From positions 1 to 60,053 of the forward strand of contig JBFMEZ010000021.1 of the NCBI GenBank assembly GCA_040753215.1: 60,053 bases of DNA. Direction: 5' to 3'. Shown here in pieces: positions 26,580-34,553 of this stretch. The first letter of the stretch is position 1, and every line of letters starts with the position of its first letter. Under the pieces are notes generated by a model. That model made no database searches. It was not told where the DNA came from and saw nothing but the letters and a program-made list of their open reading frames with translations. Origin of the DNA: Candidatus Micrarchaeota archaeon (lineage in GTDB: Archaea; Micrarchaeota; Micrarchaeia; Anstonellales; Bilamarchaeaceae). A program made the translations under genes and the position numbers.

Positions 26580-26936
26580 ATGGTGGAATTAAAAGAACTT
26601 GGCCCGTGGGCATACATCCTGGGAGTGATCATCGCAGTCTTGGCCGGCTTTGCAGCCCCCGGGAGCGCACTGGTCGCCCTTGTGCTTGGTGTGCTCGGGC
26701 TCATTGTGGGTCTGCTTAACGTTACAGACAAGGAAGTGCAGCTCTTCCTCGTGGCTTCGATTGCGTTCATAGTAAGCGCATCGGGCCTCGCGGCAGTAGT
26801 GGCCGGTGTCCTTGTAGGCGCCCCGCTCGGGCTGGCTGCAGGGCTGGTAGGTGCGCTCCAGTACCTGGTGTCGTTCACCGCACCTGCTGCGGCGATAGTG
26901 GGTCTCCTGGCGCTGTACAAGCTCTCGAAGGATTAG
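26580..26936 (+). CDS. Small multi-pass membrane protein
   Basis: Almost entirely hydrophobic; GLIVGLLNVTDKE loop; SD-like GAGGTGA upstream. Confidence 0.8.
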   Translation: MVELKELGPWAYILGVIIAVLAGFAAPGSALVALVLGVLGLIVGLLNVTDKEVQLFLVASIAFIVSASGLAAVVAGVLVGAPLGLAAGLVGALQYLVSFTAPAAAIVGLLALYKLSKD

Positions 26937-28369
26937 TATTGCCTTGCCGCATACAGATAGATGCCTGCGGGCTTCCCGCAGGCTATGCATTTTTTCCCTT
27001 TTGGCTTTTCCTTTTCCCCGTATTTTGAGCCCCTTATGTTTATGGAATACCTGTCCTTCAGCATCTCTGCGCAATGCTCCCCGTCTTTCTGGTCCGAGCA
27101 GAATGGGATGCGGACGAAGCCGCCCTTCTCTACTGCTTTTTCCAGCTCCTTTTCGGAATCCCCGTGGTGGAGGAGCCCGGAGAACCAGGAATCCGCCTTC
27201 TTTTTCAGGTTCTGGGTGAGCGTCTTTCCTTCCTCAGCAACCGCCTCGGCAAGCTCCTCCATCCTCACTTCTTTTTTCTCGCCAGTATCCCTCCGCACAA
27301 GCACGGCCGCCCTTTTCTGTATGTCCCGCATCCCAATTTCTATTCGTATGGGAACCCCAAGGAGCTCCCATTTATTGTATTTGAAGCCGGGGGTGTTTTC
27401 CGAGAAGTCGGCTTCCACGCGGAAGTGTGAAGAGAGCTTTGCTTCCAGCTCCTCCGCCTTCTTCCTCACCTCCGCTTCCGTATCCTTCTTAATTATCGGG
27501 ATAACCACTACCTGCACCGGAGCCAGCTCGAACGGATACACGAGCCCCTTATTGTCCCCGTGCATGGAGAAAAGGGCGGCATAGATGCGGGAAATGGCTG
27601 GGCCGTAGCAGGTCTGCCAGCAGAATTTGTATGAGCCGTCCTCATCCATATACTTCACATCGAATACCTTGGAGAAGTTCTGCCCGAGCATGTGGGTGGA
27701 GGGAAGCTGGAGCGCCTTCCCGTCCGGCATGAGGGTATCCGCGGCATACGTGTCCACCGCGCCTGCAAATTTGTCCCACTGGGGCCGCTTGAAAAATATG
27801 AATGGAATTCCGAAGCGCTGGTGCAATATTTCCTCCGCGGTCTCCATGTCTTCGCGCACCTGCATGAGCGCCTCCTCCTCGGTTGCGAATGCGTCGTGCG
27901 CCTCAATCCAGTAGAACTCGCGTGTGCGGATGAACGGCTTCGTCGCCTTGGTCTCGTGCCTCCATACCTGGCAGCTCTGGTAAATCTTGAGGGGAAGGTC
28001 TGACTTCCCGTTTATCCAGAGCGCGTACATGGGATACATCGCGGTTTCGCTGGTCGGGCGCATCGCCATCCTCTCCTCCAGCTTCGCGGTTCCGGTCTCG
28101 GTGACCCAGAAAACCTCGGGCACGAAGCCCTTCACGTGCTCGGATTCCGCCTGCAGGTTCCGCTCCGGGATGAGGGCCGGGAAGTATGCCGGCCTGTGGC
28201 CCTTCTTTTCCAGCGCCTCCTCGTAGATGCGGTACATGGTTTTCATAACCTGTGCGGCGTTTGGCGGGATTACCACGAATCCCTTGAGGTTGTAGCGGAG
28301 GTCGCAGAGGTGCGCCTCCTTTATTATTTCATTGTACCATTCTGAGAAATTTTCCTTTGGAATGTTCAT
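26933..28369 (-). CDS. proS: Proline--tRNA ligase (archaeal/eukaryotic type)
   Basis: FSEWY, MRPTSET, PFIRTREFYWIEAH, C-terminal Zn ligands and ARQY end. Confidence 0.98.
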   Translation of the reverse strand: MNIPKENFSEWYNEIIKEAHLCDLRYNLKGFVVIPPNAAQVMKTMYRIYEEALEKKGHRPAYFPALIPERNLQAESEHVKGFVPEVFWVTETGTAKLEERMAMRPTSETAMYPMYALWINGKSDLPLKIYQSCQVWRHETKATKPFIRTREFYWIEAHDAFATEEEALMQVREDMETAEEILHQRFGIPFIFFKRPQWDKFAGAVDTYAADTLMPDGKALQLPSTHMLGQNFSKVFDVKYMDEDGSYKFCWQTCYGPAISRIYAALFSMHGDNKGLVYPFELAPVQVVVIPIIKKDTEAEVRKKAEELEAKLSSHFRVEADFSENTPGFKYNKWELLGVPIRIEIGMRDIQKRAAVLVRRDTGEKKEVRMEELAEAVAEEGKTLTQNLKKKADSWFSGLLHHGDSEKELEKAVEKGGFVRIPFCSDQKDGEHCAEMLKDRYSINIRGSKYGEKEKPKGKKCIACGKPAGIYLYAARQY

Positions 28370-28385
28370 GGAAGCACCGGTCCGG

Positions 28386-28703
28386 TTACGCTATTCTTAC
28401 CCCTTCCTTAAGGGCAACGCTGACCAGGGAAATCCGCTTCTTCTGCTTCTCGAACTCATCGGGTGCATAACATATGAAATCGACGGGATAATCAAGGTCC
28501 CAGAAATCATAAAGCTCCTTGCCCCTTGCGCTTTTTACCTTTTTGAAGGCCGGGGAAACGACCAGTATGTCCACGTCGCTCTCGCCCTTTTCTTTTCCGG
28601 TTGCCCTTGAGCCGAAAAGTATCATTTCGGTTATGGGGATGAAGCCTGAAATCTTCCTCCTGAAAGCCGAAAGAGCCTCTATCAAATCTTCCCTTTTGCC
28701 CAT
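28386..28703 (-). CDS. Minimal nucleotidyltransferase (MNT) antitoxin
   Basis: LFGSRATG...SDVDILVV (GSx10DxD). Confidence 0.9.
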   Translation of the reverse strand: MGKREDLIEALSAFRRKISGFIPITEMILFGSRATGKEKGESDVDILVVSPAFKKVKSARGKELYDFWDLDYPVDFICYAPDEFEKQKKRISLVSVALKEGVRIA

Positions 28704-29041
28704 TCCAACACCATTCCAGCCTTTCTCAGGGCTTCCATGATATTCTGCGCCCCAAATCTGGCGTACCCGCCCGGATATCTGCTTTCAACGAAATATGTGC
28801 TCAGTTCCTTGCAGGAGTCCATTATTTCCTGCGGCGCCCCGAGCTTTTTTCCGAGAAAATGCAGATCGTGCGTTTTGACCAGCTCGCCGAATTTTTCTAT
28901 GTACACTGCTTTCAGAGCCTTTTCCGCGCTCTGCTGGCACAGGAAGGCGGCAACTTCATACAAGTCCCCTTCGTAATTGTACTTGGCTGCTTTGAAGTCG
29001 CGCCTTGCCCTCTCAAGCCATTCTTTTGTTTCTTCACGCAT
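28682..29041 (-). CDS. HEPN-domain protein (toxin of HEPN-MNT pair)
   Basis: WLERARRD, AAFLCQQSAEKALKA, KTHDL, SRYP; overlaps the MNT gene. Confidence 0.92.
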   Translation of the reverse strand: MREETKEWLERARRDFKAAKYNYEGDLYEVAAFLCQQSAEKALKAVYIEKFGELVKTHDLHFLGKKLGAPQEIMDSCKELSTYFVESRYPGGYARFGAQNIMEALRKAGMVLEWAKGKI

Positions 29042-29077
29042 CGGTTTTCTATCTGAATAATAGTTTATAAAACATGG

Positions 29078-29584
29078 TCAGAGCTCAAAGAGGACTCCAA
29101 ACGCCCTGCGGAATCCCTTCGGGTAGAACTCCTTCTTTACGAACAGGCGCTTGTCTTCGGAGAGGATGCGGCGGGCGAGCTCGTCGTCCTTCCCATCCAG
29201 GAGGATTTCGCGGATTGGCGGGAACGGTTCCGCATACCCGGGCTTCACTTTCCCCACGATAAGGGTTTTCTTTTTCCCGAATTTTTCAAAATCCAGCCCT
29301 GAAGGGAGGTCCACCACAACCCGCGCCTCCATGGCAAGCAGGTCCCTGACCATCTTCTGGTCCGGCTTGCACTCCACCTGCACGTGCGTGAAATAGGTGA
29401 AATGGTCGTACAGGTCGAAGTTGGTGCGGTTTCCCTTAAGCGCGTCCAGGTCCACCATGTGGAAGAGTGCGTATTCATCGGAAAGGGAGCGAACAAGCTG
29501 CGCAGCATTCCCAAGCAGGCGCATGGAGCCCAGCTCCTTCCTGAACGCCTGCTTTCCCTTCACATAAAAAAGGGGGACTTCCAT
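29078..29584 (-). CDS. Short HisA/HisF-related protein
   Basis: HMVDLDALKG...N motif resembles the HisA N-terminal half, but the protein is only 168 aa. Confidence 0.55.
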   Translation of the reverse strand: MEVPLFYVKGKQAFRKELGSMRLLGNAAQLVRSLSDEYALFHMVDLDALKGNRTNFDLYDHFTYFTHVQVECKPDQKMVRDLLAMEARVVVDLPSGLDFEKFGKKKTLIVGKVKPGYAEPFPPIREILLDGKDDELARRILSEDKRLFVKKEFYPKGFRRAFGVLFEL

Positions 29585-29585
29585 A

Positions 29586-31211
29586 TCAGTTCCCCGTTAC
29601 CTGTCTCCCGTTTCCGGAACTGGCAACTGGAAACAGGGAACCGGAAACCCTCCGCATTGCCTGCCCGCCGTTCTGCCTTCTTACCGCCCTCTCCAGTATT
29701 TTCGCGGCGGCTTTCACCCGCGCCTTCAGCTCGTCCGGCTGCTTCAGCCCGTTTATCCTTTCCGTGAAATAGCCCGCGGATATGCTCCTTCTCTCCGCGT
29801 TTGTGGATATTTCTTCCATCCCCAGCCGCATTATGCCGGCCAGGCTATGGAAGTCGATGTCATGGGCCGGCACAAGGCATCCCTCCTCCATAACCATCCT
29901 GCAATACCCGCGGCTCACCCTCTCTATTACGGGATGCCTTTTCCCGCCGTTTAGCATCGCCTTTTTTCCTTCAAGCTCTTCCCGCGAAACCCGCACATAT
30001 TCATTCTTCTCCTCCTCGCTCCTGAGCGAACCGGCCTTCGCGAGATTCTCAAGCCCCGGAATCTCCGTGATGGAGCGCACATGTATGAACTGTGCGCCGG
30101 TGCCCGTGAGCAGGATTGCAGCGGCCTTCTTCAGCTTTTCCAGCGGAAGGGCCTCGTAGTGCAGCTCCACCCCCATCCTTTCCAGCACGCGGATAATCCT
30201 GTCCCGCGTGGTGCCGGGCAGGCAGCCGGCGCTGAGCGGAGGGGTGTATGCAACCATCTTCCCTTTCCCTTCAAAGAATGCGAAAAGGTTCTCGGCCGAG
30301 CCCTCCACTACTCTTCCGTCCCTGAGCACAAGCACCTCTCCAAACCCGAGCATTGCCGCGAAGTTCGCATTCATCGTGGAATTCACGTAGTTGCCAGCCA
30401 CCTTCTTGTCGTACGGCATGTCCTCCCCAATCCGAGGTACGGGGGCTACCAGCACGTCCAGCCCTGCCGCATAATCCTCCTCCTTGAGGTAGGTTCCCCA
30501 GGGGAGCGTGGCGACCCCGAAATAAAACTCCTTGAACGATGGCCCTTTCTCCCCGCGGACTATGGTCTGGAGCTTGAGCCCCTCCTGCCCGGCGACAAAC
30601 CCGAAGAGCCTTATGTATCCGCTCTGGACCATCTCTATTCCGGGCGGGAAGTAATCGCATGAAACCAGCCCGTTCAGGAAAACGGTCGCCTTTATCACGG
30701 CATCCATCTCCGACATGGAAAAATACCTTACGCCGTCCGGGGACACGGCCCTGAAAGACAGCGGAACGTCTTCTGATTTGCCGTCGCCCGTGCGCACACC
30801 CATCGTTAGGTCCGTCCTCTCCTTATAGCACTTGCGGGCCAGCGCATACAATTCGCCGGGAGAGAGGCGCTCTGCCTCCGCCCATCCGTTCTCCACCGCA
30901 AGGCCGTGGAGAAGGAGCGCCTGCCCCGGATGGAAGGCGCTGGCGGAGTGCATGAGCCGCGCGATGTTCGCCCACGGCTCTATTAGCGCGGTCCCATAAG
31001 GAGAATAGTATGCGCGCATGCCCTCGAAAAAGCCGGAGCCGTAATGGATTGCGTGCGCAAGCACGGAAACGAGCGCCTCGTCCGGAGGGAGGAAGCCAGC
31101 CCTGCTGAGGTATATCCAGTCTGCCTCCGCATCGTAGGGAAATTCAGAAACAACCCTTCCGCCCACCGATGCCTCCACCTGCCTGCTTTTGACTTCCTTT
31201 CTGCCCGGCAT
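29586..31211 (-). CDS. Class IV (branched-chain type) PLP-dependent aminotransferase, extended
   Basis: HAIHYGSGFFEGMRAY, RLMHSA, KVAGNYVNS (PLP Lys), VEGSAENLF, LPGTTR, LTGTGA. Confidence 0.85.
   Translation of the reverse strand: MPGRKEVKSRQVEASVGGRVVSEFPYDAEADWIYLSRAGFLPPDEALVSVLAHAIHYGSGFFEGMRAYYSPYGTALIEPWANIARLMHSASAFHPGQALLLHGLAVENGWAEAERLSPGELYALARKCYKERTDLTMGVRTGDGKSEDVPLSFRAVSPDGVRYFSMSEMDAVIKATVFLNGLVSCDYFPPGIEMVQSGYIRLFGFVAGQEGLKLQTIVRGEKGPSFKEFYFGVATLPWGTYLKEEDYAAGLDVLVAPVPRIGEDMPYDKKVAGNYVNSTMNANFAAMLGFGEVLVLRDGRVVEGSAENLFAFFEGKGKMVAYTPPLSAGCLPGTTRDRIIRVLERMGVELHYEALPLEKLKKAAAILLTGTGAQFIHVRSITEIPGLENLAKAGSLRSEEEKNEYVRVSREELEGKKAMLNGGKRHPVIERVSRGYCRMVMEEGCLVPAHDIDFHSLAGIMRLGMEEISTNAERRSISAGYFTERINGLKQPDELKARVKAAAKILERAVRRQNGGQAMRRVSGSLFPVASSGNGRQVTGN
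29588..29650. repeat. Heptamer repeats, inverted pair, encoding the C-terminus of the aminotransferase
   Basis: gttcccc gttacct gtctccc gtttccg followed by gaactgg caactgg aaacagg gaaccgg aaacc. Confidence 0.75.
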
Positions 31212-31276
31212 GCCACCACCGGTAGCATTTAGGCTGTTGCAAATTTAAAGCCGATGCCCATTAGCTGTTGTCCCCA

Positions 31277-31422
31277 GGTCTTGCAGTTGTCTCCATGTCT
31301 TGCATGGTCTCCAAGTCTTGCATGGTCTTCAGGTCTTGTGTGACTTTCAGGACCCTCAGGACAACTCAAGACTTCACGCCGTGGAGGTTCACCAGACTCC
31401 AAGACCCCCAAGACTACGGAGA
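31277..31422. repeat. Intergenic 9-nt-period repeat, inverted arrangement
   Basis: GTC-anchored units every 9 nt (gtcttgcat ggtctccaa gtcttgcat ggtcttcag), followed by GAC-anchored units (agactccaa gaccccaag ac). Confidence 0.75.
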
Positions 31423-32730
31423 TTATGCCTTCTTCAACAGCGGGCCCATCAGAGGGGGGGTGAGGACGGCGGTAAGGAAAGCCATCGCAGAGATTATTGA
31501 ATACTCGGAGCGGGTGAGCGCGCCGGCGGTGAGCCCTATGAGCGCTACGATGAGCGCGACCTCGCCCCTCGGGCTCATTCCAATCCCTATAAGAGCCGAA
31601 TCCCTCTTCCCGAACCCGGAGAAGAAGGCGCCGAGCCCGCAGCCCACAAGCTTGGCGAGCACCGCGATTATGGTGATGATTATTATCGGCACCGCGTATG
31701 CGTAGAGCGAAGGGACGTCCACGAGCATCCCCAGGGAAACGAAGAATATGGGCGTGAAGAGCACCTCCAGCGCGTAGGAGCGCGCCTCGATCTCCTCCCT
31801 GTGCCTGCTCTGGGCGAGTAGGATGCCCGCAAGGAAGGCGCCCACTATGCTGGAGAGGCCTACGGATTCCGCAAAATAGGCGTAGAAAAAGACGAACGCG
31901 AGCGCATACAGGAAGCGCTTGTCGCTCATCTCCTTGCTGTCTATCCTTGTGCCTATGAACCACCTCCCCGCGTATATCCCTCCCGCGATGAAAACCAGGG
32001 AGGAGAGGAGGACTGCCGCAAAGGGCATGAACGCAGAAAGCTCGGGTGTGGAGGGGATGTTCAGCACGAGGGAGAGGATAAGAAGGCTCAGTATATCATC
32101 CACCACCGCTGCCCCTATTATCGCCTGCGCGAAATCCTCCTTCACCAGCCCCGCCTCCTTCAGGAGGGCTACTGTGACTCCAACGCTTGTTGCGGTGAGG
32201 GCTGCGCCCAGGAAGAGGGCGTACACAAAGCTCCCTCCCTCCGCAGCCGCGAAGATGTAGCCGGCGGCGAACGGGAGGAGCACGCCCAGAAGGGCGATTG
32301 TGAAATTCCTCCTGTTGAATATGCCGGAGAGGGAGGAGTGCAGCCCCACCTTGTACATGAGTATGATTGCGCCGAGCTGCGCGAAGATGTTCACGAGATT
32401 TGTGTTCAGGATTATGCGCGGGGCTTCCGGGGGAAGGAAGGGAAAGAGCGGCTGGATGAAGCCCCACGCCTCACCTATGAAGCTGGGCCCCATCGCTATC
32501 CCGAGGAGGAGAAGGATTAGCACTGTCGGCTGCCTGAAATACACCACTATTGTTTCCGCGATGATTGCGAGAAGGAGGAGGAAGACTATCTCAAAGATTA
32601 CGTGCTTTTCGACATCCCCGCCCCCGAAGAAAATGCTGGTGCGCAGGAGTGAAAGGAGCAGCATGGCGAAGAGAAGGATTATGGAAAGCCACACAATCGG
32701 CCTGAAGAACTTATTCCGGAGGGTTTCCAT
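31423..32730 (-). CDS. Cation:proton antiporter (CPA2/NapA-like)
   Basis: About 13 TMs, ATSVGVT, AAVVDD, GLSSIVGAFLAG, PIFFVSLG, GMSPRGEVAL. Confidence 0.93.
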   Translation of the reverse strand: METLRNKFFRPIVWLSIILLFAMLLLSLLRTSIFFGGGDVEKHVIFEIVFLLLLAIIAETIVVYFRQPTVLILLLLGIAMGPSFIGEAWGFIQPLFPFLPPEAPRIILNTNLVNIFAQLGAIILMYKVGLHSSLSGIFNRRNFTIALLGVLLPFAAGYIFAAAEGGSFVYALFLGAALTATSVGVTVALLKEAGLVKEDFAQAIIGAAVVDDILSLLILSLVLNIPSTPELSAFMPFAAVLLSSLVFIAGGIYAGRWFIGTRIDSKEMSDKRFLYALAFVFFYAYFAESVGLSSIVGAFLAGILLAQSRHREEIEARSYALEVLFTPIFFVSLGMLVDVPSLYAYAVPIIIITIIAVLAKLVGCGLGAFFSGFGKRDSALIGIGMSPRGEVALIVALIGLTAGALTRSEYSIISAMAFLTAVLTPPLMGPLLKKA

Positions 32731-32734
32731 CTGC

Positions 32735-33955
32735 TCACTTCAGCCTCGCGGCTGCCTCTTCGGGGGAGAGGTATCCGCTGGTTCCGCTCTTCATGTCCCG
32801 GAGCGTCACCATTCCCTCTTCCATCTCCTTCTTCCCGACCACTGCAACGAAGGGGATTCCCTGCGAATTCGCATAATCCAGCTGCTTCCCGAGCGCCCTT
32901 CCCATCAGGTCGGTTTCCGCCGGGATGCCTTCTGCGCGGAAGGCGCGCGCAACCGAGAGCGCATATTCATATGCCTCAGGCAGGGAGGCGACGAAAACTT
33001 TCGTATAGGTTTTTGCCCCGTGCCTTTCGCCAAGGAGGAGGGCGATGCGCTCCACCCCCAGGCTTATACCGGTCGCGGGCTCGTCCTTTCCATACACGGA
33101 AAGGAGGCCGTCGTACCTTCCGCCCGCTGCGATTGTGGCGGCGAGCCCGGGCGCCTTTATCTCGTATACGGGGCCCGTGTAGTAGCCCAGCCCGCGCACC
33201 ATGCGCAGGTCTATCGCCACGTCCGGGAAGAAAGAGATTATCTCGCGGAGCTCCGCAACCCCTTCCGGGGAATATTTTTCCGCGGATAAGAGCTTCTCCT
33301 CGTTCGTCCCTTTTGCGGGCAGCAGGCGCAGGAGCCCTTCCCCCTTTTCCCCGTACGCCTCCCTGAGCATACTCTCCGCCTCATTCTCGCCGACCTTGTC
33401 CGCCTTGTCCAGGATGCGCATAGCCCCGGATTTGTCCTTTATCTTCGCCGCATCCAGCACCGCATTCAGGATTTTCCTGCTGTTCAGGAGGATTTTGAAC
33501 TCACCGAAGCCGAGGCGGCGCAGGGCAAGGGAGGCCACCTCCAGAAGCTCCGCCTCCGCGCGCATGGACGCGCAGCCCACAACGTCCACGTCCGCCTGCC
33601 AGAATTCCCTGTACCTCCCCTTCTGCGGCTCTTCCTTTCTCCAGGCCCTCCCTATCTGGTAGCGCTTGAAGGGCTTGGGGAAGGAGGTGGAGGCGGCCAC
33701 GCGGGCGAGCGGGACCGTGAGGTCGAAGCGGAGCCCGAGCCTCTCGTCCGCGAGGCGGAATATCTCCCCCGCAATCTCCTCCCCGCTCTGGTTTTTCGCG
33801 TTCAGCGTGGAGAGGTATTCCAGCGCGGGCGTCTCCAGCGGCACGTACCCGAATTCCCGGAACGTTTCCCTTATCTTCTGGAAGGCCTCCTCCCTTACCA
33901 TCATGTCCTTCGGGAGAAAATCCCGCATCCCTTTTGGAGTTTCCATGCATATCAC
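32735..33955 (-). CDS. hisS: Histidine--tRNA ligase
   Basis: PKGMRDF, LRFDLTVP, GRYREFWQAD, RGLGYYTG, GGRYD; GTG 33955 or ATG 33946 start. Confidence 0.98.
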   Translation of the reverse strand: MICMETPKGMRDFLPKDMMVREEAFQKIRETFREFGYVPLETPALEYLSTLNAKNQSGEEIAGEIFRLADERLGLRFDLTVPLARVAASTSFPKPFKRYQIGRAWRKEEPQKGRYREFWQADVDVVGCASMRAEAELLEVASLALRRLGFGEFKILLNSRKILNAVLDAAKIKDKSGAMRILDKADKVGENEAESMLREAYGEKGEGLLRLLPAKGTNEEKLLSAEKYSPEGVAELREIISFFPDVAIDLRMVRGLGYYTGPVYEIKAPGLAATIAAGGRYDGLLSVYGKDEPATGISLGVERIALLLGERHGAKTYTKVFVASLPEAYEYALSVARAFRAEGIPAETDLMGRALGKQLDYANSQGIPFVAVVGKKEMEEGMVTLRDMKSGTSGYLSPEEAAARLK

Positions 33956-34320
33956 TCTAGAAAAATCACTCCTTTTTTCCCTTTCAGGTGTTTGTCCCCG
34001 GTCAAAAGTTCGGTGCCCGTATGCCTGGCTGTTGCATAAATAATCGAATCTGCCATATGCAATCCTTCTTTTTGCATCAAATCCGCGGCATGAAGTGCGA
34101 TGTCCGCATTAAGGTCCACCACGCTGCTGCGGAAAATAATGAAATTGATACGGTCATCGTATGGCTTTTTTTCACGCATATATTCTGACTTGATCTCAAC
34201 CAGGCCGAGCGCAGGCGTATAAATCTGCTCCTGCCCCAGCACAATCTCCCTGACCTTTGCGCCCTGCGTGCTGCCGCCGAAATACTCAATCCAGGCATAG
34301 CTGTCAAATGTCACGGTCAC
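33952..34320 (-). CDS. vapC: VapC-family PIN-domain toxin
   Basis: FDSYAWIEYF, E, LHMADSIIYATA, LLTGDKH acidic tetrad. Confidence 0.92.
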   Translation of the reverse strand: MTVTFDSYAWIEYFGGSTQGAKVREIVLGQEQIYTPALGLVEIKSEYMREKKPYDDRINFIIFRSSVVDLNADIALHAADLMQKEGLHMADSIIYATARHTGTELLTGDKHLKGKKGVIFLE

Positions 34321-34510
34321 GGTGTTCCCTCAGGTCTTCCATGCTTGTTTTCTGCAGCCACTTGTCCACGCCAAACATGTCCTTTTTCTTCTCTTCGAAG
34401 AGATGCTCCACAAGCACTTTGTTCAGCCCTTCCGAGATGTTGCGCTTTCCGAACAGGCTTATCAGCATATTGTAGACATCTTCCCTTAGAGCAACCGTTG
34501 TCCTTATCAT
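34304..34510 (-). CDS. vapB: VapB-type antitoxin
   Basis: 68 aa, RTTVALREDVY N-terminus, SMFG-like DMFG motif; overlaps vapC. Confidence 0.8.
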   Translation of the reverse strand: MIRTTVALREDVYNMLISLFGKRNISEGLNKVLVEHLFEEKKKDMFGVDKWLQKTSMEDLREHRDRDI

Positions 34511-34553
34511 TTACATCACCATATATGTTTATGCTGAGCATATATTTATAAGC

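Noticed and set aside
31277..31422. Possible CRISPR array
   Set aside because: The units are 9 nt, degenerate and have no unique spacers, and there are no cas genes.
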